Source of the DNA: the human T2T-CHM13v2.0 reference genome, Homo sapiens
Length of the DNA: 64,000 nt
Assembly: GCF_009914755.1 (NCBI RefSeq)
Contig: NC_060933.1
Direction: 5' to 3' (one strand)
The notes under the pieces are model-generated. The model was not told the origin of the DNA. It saw only the letters and a list, made by a program, of their open reading frames with translations, and did no database searches. Made by a program: the position numbers and the translations under genes. How positions within the stretch are numbered: the first letter of the stretch is position 1; every line of letters starts with the position of its first letter. Shown here piece by piece: positions 13,685 to 27,504 of this stretch.

Positions 13685-15304
13685 AAAAATACCATGCTTG
13701 GAATTAATTTATTAAATTATCTTATGTCTTTTGTAACTGAACAATGAAAACTGAATATTTTTCAAGCAGAAGTTTGTGATGGAGAAAAGCACATTAAGAA
13801 AACACTGGATAACTTTATTCCAGAATAAACATGGGGCAGACATTTGGTTCTTCTCCCAATCTTTCTCAGAGGAGGAACACCGACCTTTAGCAATCTGTAA
13901 CTTTCTCTCAATAGACTGTTTAGCACCATAAGCATCTGTAATTGTTTAAATTTTCTTGTCAGAAGTGGTTTAGAATGCTCTTCTTCTCTTTAGACATAAA
14001 GTGTGCATTCATTAACTGTTTCCATTTCTAAACAAAATTCAACATTTGGTTAAAGCACTTCTAAGATTCATGCTACTAAATTACTGGAATTCAAAGTAGT
14101 ATGAAAAAGTACACAGTTCTTTATGTTTTCTTTTCCTATAAATAGGCTTTAGTTTACTCTTTATAGAAATGTACTTTTAAAAATATAAGGTAAAAATAAA
14201 TGTAGCAGACAGTGGAGTTGAGGACATATTCAAGAAATTCCAAGTTTGAATTGTATTTTTTAAGTGTCATGAAATTTGCGATTACTTTTTTGATAATACA
14301 TCTTAAAGTCTTTATGGAAATTCTTTATTTCACTTTGCTATATCCTTTTTATTGATATATGTTCAGAAATAAACATCTGACAAGTATACATAAAAATAGG
14401 TTATATAACAAGACAGAAAGTACAGAAACTGCCCAGAAGATGGTAAAGAAAGAAAAGCACAGTGCAAGACATCAAAGTTAACTCTAAACTCAATCCCAGA
14501 AAACCTGACTAAACTTTACGTGTCAAGTTTCTGTTTTAAAAGTTTACTTTGATATAAAGGGAAGCTAGAATTTTAGTCAAACTTAACTACTAGACATATT
14601 TCTGAAACAGAGAACTCTACTGTGAAACTGTGTGAATAAGGTGTAGAGAACATAATTCAGTGAGGAAACCAAAATGAATTCAATCTTTGTAAGTGAAAAG
14701 CTAGGTATTCACTGTTGAAAAAATGTGTGATGATTGCACTATTGCAAAAGAATTAAATTTGTTTATAAAATAATTAGCTTTAAAATCCCATAATATTGTA
14801 TCAGTTTTTAAATATCAACTTGGAGTAAATATTATTATAACCAAATTAAATTAAGATTTTTAGAATTTTTGTTGTAATTCACACAATGGAAAGAAAAATA
14901 AAAGTATCCATGTAGCTGATTAGAGCAAGTGTGTAATTGTGCTAGTGTCCAACTCAAACTGAATGAGTGAATACTGTGATTTGAATGAGAAATAGGCTCA
15001 TAGAAAAAAATTCAAAAATTCTACATTAGAAAATTATTCACTAAAACATGTAATGGAAGTGACAGGGGACTAGCATCTGGCAGAAGTGAAGAGATAATTA
15101 ATTGGCAATTGACAAGTAAGATTTGGGTGACTGACAAAATTGGATGAAGATATTGAGTAGGCAACAAAGAAAGTAGTCTATACTAGACAGGGGCGTATTA
15201 TATTCATGGATAAGAATAAGTGGGCCAAAGCAAGAGTAGAGGCTCAGAAATAGGACACTGGAAATGCAATATTAGAGTATTATATAGGAAATAACACCAT
15301 ATAA

Positions 15305-16870
15305 AGAACCAAAATAAATGGAACCCATAAGACAGGACAGAAATAAATCAATGCATTGACAGTCAATTGGTTTTTGACAAAGCTGCTCAAAAACACAATG
15401 AATAAAGGACATTATCTTTCATAAATGGTGCTGAGAAAACTTAATATCCCCTTGCAGAAAAATGAAATTAAACCCTTATCTCACACAATATGCAAAAATC
15501 AACTAAAAATGGACTAAAGTGTTAAACATGAGACTTGAAGCTATAAAAGTACTAGAAGAAAACATAGGGGAAAAGTTCCATGACATTGATCTGAACAACG
15601 ATCTTTTAGATATGCACTAAAAAGCAAAAATAGATAAACAGGATTACATCAAACTAAAAGGCTCTGTACAGCAAAGGAAACAATCAACAGAGTGAAGAGA
15701 CAACTTACAAAATGAGAATATATCTGCAAAACATCCATCTGATAAATGATTTCAAAAATATATAAGGAATATATATAAGTTGATATTGATAAGTTGATTT
15801 TAAAAATATATAAGGAATTCAAAAAGCTCCATAGTGAGAAAACATATAACAAGTTAAAAAATGGACAAAGGACCCCTGAATAGACATTCTTAAAAGAGGC
15901 CATGCAAATGACAAACAGGTATATGAAAAAATGCTCAGCCTCAGTAATCATCAAGGAAATGCAAATTCAAACCACAATGAGCTATTCCCTCACACCTCTC
16001 AGAATGGCTAGTATCAAAAAGATGAGCAATAACAAGTGTTCATGAGAATGTGGAGAAAACAGAGTCTTTGTAAACAGCTAGTGGGAATATAAATTCATAT
16101 AACCATCATGGAAAACAATTTGGAGGGTCCTCAAAAAGTTTAAAGTAGAATTACTATATGAGCCAACAATCGCACTACTGGGTATATATCCAAAGGCTAT
16201 AAAATCAGTATGTGTAAGAGATATCTGCACTTCCATGTTTATTTTAGCATTATTTACAATAGCCTAGATATGGAGTCAATGTGTCTATTAATAGATGAAT
16301 GGTTAAAGGAAATGTGGTGTATATACACAGCCAAATAGAACTCAACCTTAAAAAGATGAAAAGCCTGTCATTTGCAACAACATGGATAAACTTAGAAGAC
16401 CTCATGTTAAGTGAAAGAAGCCACAGGAAGACAAATACTGCATAATCTCACTTATATGTAAAAGATAAAAAGCCAAACTCATAGGAATAGAGATGAAAAT
16501 GGTGGTTCTCAGAGGTTGGAGGTGGGGTAATTAGGGAGATGATGGTCAAAGGACCCAAAATTGTATTTTGGAGGAATAAGTTCAAGACATGCATTGTACA
16601 TCATGATAACTATAGGTAACATATTGAACATTTGAAAATTGCTGAGAGTAGACTTTAAGGGTTGTCATCACAAAAATAAAAGTGAGGTAATGCCTATGTT
16701 AATTAGCTTGATTTATCCATTCCACAAAGTATTAGGTTGGTGCAAAAGTAATTGTGGTTTTTGCCATTGCAAAGACCGCAATTACTTTTGCACTAACCTA
16801 TATACATATATCCAAACATCATATTGTACACCATAAATATATACAATTTATACCTGTTAAAAAAAATTAA
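15305..16870 (+). mobile_element. L1MA-type 3' portion (ORF2 end plus 3' UTR), interrupted by MADE1
   Basis: AAATGGTGCTGAGAAAAC, GAAATGCAAATTCAAACCACAATGAG, and an L1MA-type 3' end TTGTACACCATAAATATATACAATTT. Confidence 0.85.
16732..16800. mobile_element. MADE1 (Hsmar1-derived MITE), internally shortened
   Basis: Terminal inverted repeats TTAGGTTGGTGCAAAAGTAATTG... and ...CAATTACTTTTGCACTAACCTA, flanked by TA. Confidence 0.92.
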
Positions 16871-17148
16871 ATATAAATACATAGAAATAGGAAGACATGT
16901 TTTGAGAGATCAAGGGAGAAGAGAGATAATTTTAAGACCTTTTCTATAATGTTAAATACTTAAAAAGTAAGTGTAGATTGTATGCCATTAATGACTAAAA
17001 CTTTGCCAATAGATCCTGTTTTTATGTGACTTCAGCAAGAGCAATTTCTTTGAAAAAGTAAAACACAAAATAAATTGATGAGGCATAATGGGAAGATGAG
17101 GACATAAGAGCAAGGGATAAAAAACAGATATTATTTTAAGAACACTGG

Positions 17149-17559
17149 TGATATGGTTTGGATTTGTGTCCCTGCCAAAACCTCATATTGAATTGTAATC
17201 CCCAGTGTTGGAGAAAGGGCCTGGTCGGGGGTGATTGGATCATAGGGGCGGAGTTCCCATTACTGGTTTAGCATCCCCCACTTGGTACTGTATGGCGAAT
17301 GAGTTCTCATGAGATCTGGTTGTTTCAAAGTGTGTGGCACCACCCCCTTCTCTCTCTTCCTCCCGCTCTGGCTATGTAAGATGTTTGCTCCCCCTTTGCC
17401 TTCTGCCATGGTTGGAAGTTTCCTGAGGTCTCCCCAAAAGCAGAAACTGATATGCTTCCTGTACAGCCTGCAGAACTGGGAGCCAATTAAAGCTCTTTTC
17501 TTTATAAATTATCCAGTCTCAGGTATTTCTTTATAGCAGTGTAAGAACAAACTAATAAA
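17149..17559 (+). mobile_element. Solo MSTA-like LTR (ERVL-MaLR)
   Basis: TGATATGGTTTGGATTTGTGTCCC start and CCAGTCTCAGGTATTTCTTTATAGCAGTG...ACTAATA end. Confidence 0.88.
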
Positions 17560-18639
17560 ATTGCCTATGAAAAAAAGAAGAGCGTGATGGATGAATCCAA
17601 GAGGGGATTTTTAAAAAATTGAATTGCAATAGTATCTTAATCTATTCACCCATGGTATTCTGCTTGTAAAATAAATTTAAATGTTTATATTTTTGACAAA
17701 TATAATTTTTCCTAGTGTTTTCTTTTTCCCACTTTAATAGCAAAAATCAGCAAAATGTAGTAAGAGAGCAGCAAGCAGAAGGGGACTGAGGGCTAGAAAT
17801 CATGCCACTCACAAAGATTTTTTCTTTATTAAGCATATCCATATGAGCTAATCTTCACTCACCATTGATTTAGACAACTCTAGGAAATCAAAAGGGAAAG
17901 AAAACATGAATTCAATCTTTCTCAAGGTATAGTCAACAGACCACAGGCATCAAAATCATTTGGGCACTTGTTACGAATACATCCCCCAAGGTCTCTACTA
18001 AAGGCATATACAAGAATTCTATTTATAATAGAAATCTTAAGTAATGTATATGGTGAGAGTAGTGAGTAAAGCAAGATACAATAAAATTGAAGCTTTGGGA
18101 AAAAGGACTAAAAAATATTTATTTGAATTAGCAAGATTGAAGAAGTTTGGGAGGCTTTGTTCCAAAATCTCAATTATTTTCTCACAATAGAGATTGATGA
18201 GGGAGAAGCGGTATGATATATCTTGAAGGTTCTTTATCTCTAACATTCTAAGGCCAGGGCAAGCAAAACAGATATTATTTAAATTGACAATAGTTACTAT
18301 AGGAGTCATTATTTTAGGTGAGATCCAAAATATTCTGTTTCTGCTTTTATTTTTCTGTTTCTTGTTTTCTTTCTTGTAATCAAATTGTTATTATTTTAAA
18401 AACAGCAACTTTGCAAAACAAAAATTTTATTTTGTAGCCTTACCCAAAGTATGTTAAAATGTTAACTTTTTTTTTCAGACAGCAATATTGACTCTTTTAC
18501 TTAACATCTTTCTTGAAATATTAGAAGTTTTTAAGTATTTCAATATTTCCCAAGTTTTGTGGGTATTCTTTCTGTTTATGAAATAACAGCACATAAAATT
18601 AAAAGAGTCTCTGGAAGTTTTTTTTCTAAATCCTCATTT

Positions 18640-19880
18640 TAGACCTCTGTTTCAGACCAAGACAAATAAACAAAAGCCAGATTTACCACACAGTCTGGAA
18701 AAAAATAATAACCAACACAAATATATGAAATAACGATTTTTAAGATGTCATCAGTCAACAATGGGTAGTGATTTATAAGATATGGGAAATAAACAAAATG
18801 ACTCTTTCCATTGATCTAGCTTACTGCCTAAAGAGAGTTTCCACGCAAAGGATGGTGGTGGGGGGAAGAAAATAGGCTGAGCCCAGTAGTTCTCTGAATT
18901 GAGAAGATGGGAATAGCTTTCCAGGAAGGTCAATGAGTACAGAATTTACAGAACAGAGATCCAGATAGGAATAGTCTATGCAGGCAAAATTCCAAAGATC
19001 TGAAAAGGGCAGCCCTTATGTTTTCAGATGAGTGTTGATCAAATTGCGTATCAGAGGAAACTACCTACAGTCAGGAAAAGCATTATCATCATTATCCTCA
19101 GAACTCATACAGGCTCAGTAACAATGGCTGTTCCTACCAGCTATGAAGAAAAGTCTCATAATTCTCAGGGCACTTGGTAGAATATTAAGAAGGATTTTTC
19201 CTCACTATTTGGGCAGAGTTATCCCTAGATTAAATGGTGCTCTGATGCCACCTAATCAAGCTTAGAAGCAAAAACAGAAAGTATGAAACTATTTCCAAAT
19301 AATTACAACCTACAACAAAGATCAAAAATATTTATAGAATGTACAAATACCTACCACACAAATCACAATGTCAGGCATCTGCTATAAAAATTACAAAGTG
19401 TTCAAAATAGCACAAAAATACAACCTATATGGAGAAGAAAAGTCAGCAAACAGAAGTGACCCAGAAAAGACACGTGTTAGCATTAGCAGAAAAGTACATT
19501 AAAACAATTGTCGTCTCTGAATTCTCTATGTATCCATATGGTCCACAAGCTAGAAGAAAGGTTGAATATATTAAATAGGGACATGGAATGTAACACAGAC
19601 CCACTTTAAATTTTTAGATCTAGAAAGAAATATGTCAGCGATTAGTGAATTGGAAAAAACAACGTTAGAAAATAGTCAAAGTAAAACTTGAAGGGGAAAA
19701 AGAAGACTGAAAAACAGAGAAGAGGACATCAGCACACTGTGGGAGAAATCAAGTAGCCTCATGTAAGTATAATTGGAGTGTGAAAGGAAGCTGAGAAACA
19801 CTGAAGGAGGTAAGAAAAAAATTTGAAGGGATAATGGCTGACATTTCTGCAAATCTGAGGAAAACTATAGTCAGATCCAA
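18640..19880 (+). mobile_element. Old L1M 5' region and ORF1 fragment
   Basis: Degenerate match to L1M4/L1MC-type 5' sequence and to ORF1 (GTATAATTGGAGTG...AAATTTGAAGGGATAATGGCTGACATTT). Confidence 0.6.
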
Positions 19881-20029
19881 CTTCTTCTTTTAGAGGTTGG
19901 AGATACTGAGACTCATCTATTAATGTTCCTTAGGTGGTCAGTGGTAGATTAAGTATAGTTATAACCATGTCTGCTAATCCAGGCAACTTCCATCACACCA
20001 TATAATCGATTATCTTTTTTTGACCTTTT

Positions 20030-20448
20030 CTAAAATTGTATTTTAAGTTCTGGGATACATGTGCAGAAAGTGCAGGTTTGTTAACATAGGTATACACGTG
20101 CCATGGTGGTTTGCTGCACTTATCAACCCGTCATCTACATTAGGTATTTATCCTAATGCTATCCCTCCTGTAGCCCCCCACCCCCCAACAGGCCATGTTG
20201 TGTGATATTCCCCTCCCTGTGTCCATGTGTTCTCATTGTTCAGCTCCCACTTATGAGTGAGAACATGCGGTGTTTGGTTTTCTTTTCCTGTGGTAGTTTG
20301 CTGAAAATGATGGTTTCCAGCTTCATCCATGTCCTTGCAAAGGACATGAACTCATCTTCTTTTATGGCTGCATAGTATTCCATGGTGCATATGTGCCACA
20401 TTTTCTTTATCCAGTTTATCATTGATTGGCATTTGGGTCGGTTCTAAG
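20030..20448 (-). mobile_element. 5'-truncated L1PA7-like 3' end
   Basis: Minus ORF 20240-20422 reads [18 protein letters not shown]...HRMFSLISGS (ORF2 C-terminus), followed by a 3' UTR. Confidence 0.88.
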
Positions 20449-20749
20449 TGTATTATCTAATGTTGGTATCATGTCACAAGACATTATCTTTCATTATGAA
20501 CCAGATTTAATCTGTATGTTTTACTCCGTCTTTCTAATTTGAAAAGAAATAAAAGAGTCTAGGTGGGAGAACAGTGGATTTTTATATGAAAAGTGATAAT
20601 AAGTAGAGAATTTCATAATTTTTTTCCTATAAAAGAGTTTAAGCAGCACATAAATATTATGACAGCAATATATGTTTTATGTTGATTGTTGGCATCATTC
20701 AAGAAAAAAAGCCTTTTAAGCCACCTGGAATAGTTTCTAAATATATGGA

Positions 20750-20960
20750 CCCTGGACCCAGATTGCTTCGAGTTCAAATCTCACCTCCTCCACTTACAAC
20801 TGAGTGATGTTAGCGACGTCACTTACCCTTTCTCTTGAATTAGTTTCCTCATCAAGTTGATAATAATGTTGTCTACTTTATCGAGTTGATATGAGAATCA
20901 AATGAATCAATATTTGTAAAATGATGAATACATTTTCTCACTCATGGCAAGCACATATAT
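20750..20960 (+). mobile_element. MIR
   Basis: GAGTTCAAATCTCACCTCCTCCACTTAC...GTCACTTACCC...AGTTTCCTCATC core. Confidence 0.7.
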
Positions 20961-21117
20961 AGGTTTGATAAATGACAAGTGGACGACTTGAAATCCTATT
21001 TAACGTTCCAAATTTTTTCTCTCTTCACTACATTTTTTATACATTGTGTCTTCTCTTTTTTTTTCCATGTATCTTTCTGCTTTTAAAAATATTTTACTAT
21101 AGAAATCGTTATTATTT

Positions 21118-21448
21118 GGCCCAGCACGGTGGCTCACACCTGTAATCCCAGCACTTTGGGAGGTCGAGGCAGGAAGATCACTTGAGGTCAGGAGTTAAAG
21201 ACCAGCCTGGCCAACATGGTGAAACCCCATCTTTACTAAAAATACAAAAAAAATTAACCAGGCATAGTGGCTGGCGCCTGTAATCCCAGCTACTTAGGAG
21301 GCTGAGTCAAGAGAATTGCTTGAACCCCAGAGGGGGAGGTTGCAGTGAGCTGAGATCACGCCGCTGCGAGGCAGAGTGAGACTGTCCCAAAAAAAAAAAA
21401 AAAAAAAAAAAAAGAAAAAGAAAAAGAGAAAGAAAGAAAGAAAGAAAG
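21118..21448 (+). mobile_element. Alu (AluS-type) with a small deletion near the 3' end and an A/(GAAA)n tail
   Basis: Dimeric Alu. The ACTCCAGCCTGG segment is missing near 21367. Confidence 0.93.
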
Positions 21449-22659
21449 AAATCATTCTAGAAAATTAGATAACTATACCCTTATTTTTATATCTGTTCTA
21501 TACAGAGTATGGTGTATCATGCCTTTTCACTTAGTCTTTTATTATCAGTATTTTATATATTATTTTTAATTTATTTGCAAGAATTATTTAATATTAGCTT
21601 GTTTTGAGTATTTTACATCATGAACAATGCTATAATAAGTGCTCTTATGATATATGTGTATACTTTCCCTTTTTGCTGAAAGGCCTTCCTGTCCTTTATC
21701 TGGCAACGCGTCCACTTCCAAACACATTCTACTGCCCTTTTTCCAAAGTCAACTTTCTCTCAACCATACTAGTCTTCTGGCTACTCTCTTTCTTCCCTAC
21801 TTTTCACCTACTCTCTCAAAAAGTGTCCTATATGCTCTACTTGTTCTTTATCATCACTAATCTACTTCACATACTTTTTTATACACCAAGACCTTACTAT
21901 ATCTACTTACATTCTATTGAAATCATGCTGTGAAACATCAAAAACACCACACTGGTGACATTTTCTACTCTGCAGTACATATAACTGATAACTAAAACTT
22001 CATCACCCCTCTATTGAAATGCTGTTCCCTTGGATTTTATGACTTTAAATTTTTTTTTCCATTGTGTGTGAAAAACTGAAAAACTCAAGATGATTTGACC
22101 ACCTAGTGAAAAGTATCCGCTGACGTAATTTAAACGTATAGATTATACAGCTCCAGGTGCCAGTGAACATAGGGCTCAAGTGGTAATAAGGAATGATCCT
22201 CTCAATCTTTAGTTTGGCCTCGTTAAGTGGGATCTTCCTTTGTGGTGGTAAGTTATCTAACAGCAACTCCACACTTATGCCTTATACTCCTGGAAATTCC
22301 AGAACAAAAAGTTTATCTTTCCCTATCACTTCACCAAGTTTCCAGAAGAGTCTCATCAGCCACTTTCATTCACCATGTACAGCTCTAAAACAATTGTGAT
22401 GCCTAAGAATATGGAAAAACAAGTCCTAACACTACCTGATTCAAAGTGTCATAAGCCAAAATCAACATTTTCTCTATATTCTGTTATTCTTTCAACAAAA
22501 TTCTCTTAGTCACAGGTTTTGTTGTCTCCTCTTTAACATACATGAAGACCCAACTGATTCACACATTTTGATGATTGTAAATAAATAGTTAGTGAGATGG
22601 ATAGCATTAGAGATGGGTATGTATATTAAAAATATGTTAACTTTATTCCATTTAAATTT

Positions 22660-22900
22660 CCTTATCACTGTTCCAGGTTCCATACCTCTCATCCAGAATA
22701 CTACACTGTTCTCTTGATGAGTCTTCTTGACACTTTCTCCTACCGTGCATTTCTGCTGCTATGCTCCTCCTGACACACCATTTTAAACAAGTCACTTCCA
22801 CTACTTGCAAATCTTCAAAGGCTTCTTATTGTCTTTCAGAGTCTAACCAACTTAGCCTGGCATTTAGGTCCTTAATAATGTGGCCTTAAGTAATTTTCCC
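22660..22900 (+). mobile_element. L2 fragment
   Basis: GTCACTTCCACTACTTGCAAATCTTCAAAGGCTTCTTATTG...TTAGCCTGGCATT resembles L2 3' region. Confidence 0.55.
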
Positions 22901-24064
22901 GTATTCTGTCACAATCTCTAGGTTCCCACTTATGACTTTTCTGTGAAGTTGCCTTTCCCCTAATCCAAATCAAAACAAAGATCCTCCAAGTGACTTTTAA
23001 CAAGCCACTTGACCTTTGAGTGCTTTCATTGTGAGGAAAAATAAAAATGTAGCTCCACTTATTGTTTGATAGGTTGCATTGTTGAATTGCTTAGTGCAAA
23101 GAACACTGGGCTTCTCAGATTAAATGTATTCTGTGAGTGCAGAGCTTTGTGTCTGCTGAGCCAAAAAGAGCCGAGGGTTAATAACTTCCAGAGATCCCTA
23201 ATTGAAAAACCTGGGTCCCCTCTAGCAGACAGCATTCATTGTTATGTTTTAATTTACTACATGGAATTGAACTTTTATTCTTTACCTTTGAAGTGCCTTT
23301 ACAAGTTTAGTGCCACCAGATTGTGCTATCCATTTAGATAGGTAGATTTTCATTAAAAATCATGTACAGTTTAATCAATCCACTTTAGCAAGCTCTGAAT
23401 TGTCTTATGGTATTGATTGCAATATATCTAAACAAATCCCTTGGGAAGAGATAGAAAACCAACTGGGGCTTTTGTGTTATTCCTCTTGTAAAGGAGCTCT
23501 ATTTTTCCAGCTTTGCTTTTTCAGTGAGGTTGGCAATGTTTCCCAGCTTACATCCTAAAATAAACTACAGCATGAACACAGAAACAGCATATTTTATTTA
23601 TATACAGAAAACCTTCTTTATTTCATTATGCAGAGTTTTAAGCCATATTTTTCCTGGACCTGAGGAGGTGGGTTGTACCCTCCCAGGGGACAATTTTGCT
23701 CTGTACAGATAATGATTCTTAACTGACTACAAGGCCAACACCCCTGTTTGCACACTTCGTTGCCTTTGTAGTGCCACAGAAACTCACATTACTATAACCT
23801 CACCTTCCACAGCTCAGTATGATCTTGGCAACTGTCTATTGGAACAAGACTTCTGTGGACTTGTGACATTTTCTCAGATACCTGTGAATCATGTTCCAGG
23901 AGCCTTTCTTTGTACCTGTATTTCTCATATTTCCAGAGTGGAAATCCTATCTGATCAAGGCAGATTGGTCTTACCTTTCTAAGTACCCCTCCCACTTTAC
24001 TTCCCACTTACTCTTAATGAACATTTACTGTGTTTCAAGAAATATAATTAGAATCAAATACAAG

Positions 24065-24409
<345 letters not shown>

Positions 24410-24784
24410 CTACACCTTGCATTTTCTTTTCTGTTCAGTTTCTACCCATTCTTTGAGGTCCGCCAATGCAACAGAATCCTCCTCTGAGCTCATGGCGCTT
24501 TGGCACTTAATATAACCCTTTGCACCTTTACATATAGTACTTTAAATTTTGAGTTCTTTATTCATACAAGTATGTCTTATCTCTTAATAATAAACTCCTG
24601 GGGGAACTAAAGAGGCTTCTAATTACACCATTGATCACCAAGATTGATCTTATATATCCTACTGCTTTAACTCCAGTGATAAGGATTAATGTACAATATA
24701 TTTCTCCCTCAGTACATGACCATCCAATCCATTTTTCTCTAAACTATTGTTTAGCAATGTATGGACATAGTATTTTAAAAATCA

Positions 24785-25100
<316 letters not shown>

Positions 25101-25684
25101 CTAAAGTATTACATTTTTAAGGATATTAGTTCAATATTTCACTGTTATATTGTGCTTTGTTTAATAATTAGAACACAGAAAGCCATTTTCTCTTTCCAGC
25201 TTTGCTATTGTTAACTTTTTATTCATAATAGTCTCTTGTAATTGAACTTTATTTATTCTTACATTTAATCAATTGAAAAATATGTATTTATCTCTGGCAT
25301 CAGTATTAGTTCTTGCCTGGTCATTTATGCTTCATGAAGTTCATACCACTAGATGAGATTTTTTTTTTTTTCTCTCTCTCTCTCTCCCTCTCTGCAACAT
25401 ATAATCTGATTCTAAATATTTAACTTGGGTTATGAAAAGGCACACAATACAACAAGTAGACAAAATTCCTCATATTGTTTAAACTGGGAGCTGTTACTTT
25501 TTCAACTCTAAATAGAATTTCTTAATATAATTCTAGGCATGAATCAAAAGAGTGACTATTATGAAACCAGATCTTAAAATTGTATGGTTAGAGCATTTAA
25601 AATTAATGTTTTAAAAATGATTACTGTGACAATAAGTGTAAAATTTGTTATTATTTTTACTATTGTCAGGTAACACAGCATGGG

Positions 25685-26215
25685 TGTATTAGGATTCTCT
25701 AGGGAAACAGAACCAATAGGATGGAGAGAGAGAGAGATTTATTATGGAAATTGGTTCATGTCATTGTGAGACGTTCCCTGATACACCATGTGTAAGCTGG
25801 AAAACCAGGGAAGCCAGTGGAGTGGCTCAAACCTGAGATGGAGGGCAGCTGGGGGTAAGGAGAGCCATGCAAGTCTTGAATTCTGAAGGCCAGAGAACCT
25901 GGATTTCTGATGTTCAAGGACAGAGATATGTCCAGGCTCCGAGAGAGAGAGAGAGAGAGAGAGACAGAGACAGAGATAAAAAGAGACAGAGAGAGAGAGA
26001 GAATTCACCTTTCCTCTGACTTTTTGTTCTATTTGGGCCCTCAGTTGATTGATTGAGTGAGGGTGGGTCTTTCTTACTCAGCCCACTGAGATAAAAAGAG
26101 AGAGAGAGAGAGGGAGAGAGAGACAATTCACCTTTACTCTGACTTTTTGTTCTATTTGGGCCCTCAGTTGATTGATTGGGTGAGGGTGGGTCTTTCTTAC
26201 TCAGCCCACTGAGAT

Positions 26216-26254
<39 letters not shown>

Positions 26255-26342
26255 CTTTCCTCTGACTTTTTGTTCTATTTGGGCCCTCAGTTGATTGATT
26301 GGGTGAGGGTGGGTCTTTCTTACTCAGCCCACTGAGATAAAA

Positions 26343-26373
<31 letters not shown>

Positions 26374-26465
26374 GAATTCACCTTTCCTCTGACTTTTTGT
26401 TCTATTTGGGCCCTCAGTTGATTGATTGGGTGAGGGTGGGTCTTTCTTACTCAGCCCACTGAGAT

Positions 26466-26508
<43 letters not shown>

Positions 26509-26714
26509 GAATTCACCTTTCCTCTGACTTTTTGTTCTATTTGGGCTCTCAGTTGATTGATTGGGTGAGGGTGGGTCTTTCTTACTCAGCCCACTGATTC
26601 AAATGCCAGTCTCTTTCAGAAATAGCCTTCCAGATATACCCCTAAATAATATTTTACCAGCTGTCTGGGAATCTTTTAGTGCCATCAAGTTGACACCTAC
26701 AATTAACTGTCACA
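25685..26714 (-). mobile_element. Solo MLT2B-like LTR (ERVL), expanded by an internal tandem repeat
   Basis: TGTATTAGGATTCTCTAGGGAAACAGAACC at one end and AAGTTGACACCTACAATTAACTGTCACA at the other. Near-TSD ATGGG/ATGGA. Confidence 0.85.
25973..26595. repeat. Five-copy tandem repeat (115-135 bp unit) with an embedded (GA)n tract
   Basis: Units start GAGATAAAAAG at 25973, 26088, 26211, 26334 and 26461. The 86-bp core AATTCACCTTT...CAGCCCACT is nearly identical in all copies. Confidence 0.97.
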
Positions 26715-26719
26715 ATGGA

Positions 26720-26945
26720 GAGTGGTTGACAGTACAGGCTATGACAACAAATTGCCTAGAATTGGAGGCTGGCTCCACTAGGTATTTGTTATATAACATT
26801 GATAATATTAAATTTTCCAATCTTCTGTTTTTTCATCTCTAAAATAAGAAAATTCACAGCATGGAATTATAATAATTAAATGAGGACACATATTAAGCAT
26901 TCTGCAGAGTATCTTGTCAATTTTAAGAACACAGTAATTATTACT
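26720..26945 (+). mobile_element. MIR
   Basis: TCTTCTGTTTTTTCATCTCTAAAAT...ATTAAATGAG core-like sequence. Confidence 0.55.
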
Positions 26946-27504
26946 TCTTTACTTACCTCTCTTTACTCATTGAATTTATACAGTCCACTAGTACCTTCAG
27001 ATTACTTGAAAGAAACTGTAACTTATTAAATGTAGATGGCTCACCCAGAGTATCATGGCCCAATCCAGACTTAATCCTGGGCATTGTAATTTCAAATTGT
27101 ATGCTGTTTCTACATTGATTATATCCCCTCATGATTTATAATTGCTTTCCAAAAGGAGGATATAGATGGAGATAGACTATAAGCTTTAGGGCAAGTTCTT
27201 GGTTTCTCAGTTTCTATCTTCTTAATAAAGAGCAAGAGAAGAAAATATTTGACCTCCTTAGGAAATAATAAAAGACTCTAGAAATATCTGACGATTTGTA
27301 TCTTCTATTTTGCTTTAACTTTGAATATATATAAAGCTAAGAGTGCAGTTTAAAGCAAACTATAAAGCTCTGTAAACTGTATACATGTGCAGTCACGTGT
27401 AACATGTCTAGCCTATCTTGAGGCCGTTCTCTAAAGCAGTGGTTTTCAAAATTCCAGTAATATAATATGACCAGTTTTATTACATTAACATGATATATTA
27501 TTGT

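Noticed and set aside
25914-26381. 155-aa repetitive minus-strand ORF (SLSLS...KKDPPSPNQSTEGPNRTKSQ repeats)
   Set aside because: By-product of tandem units with lengths divisible by three (123 bp). No ATG-supported gene context, and the frame breaks in other units.
25973-26595. Repeat-spacer periodicity that superficially resembles a CRISPR array
   Set aside because: The variable parts are just (GA)n tracts, not unique spacers. The DNA is primate and there are no cas genes.
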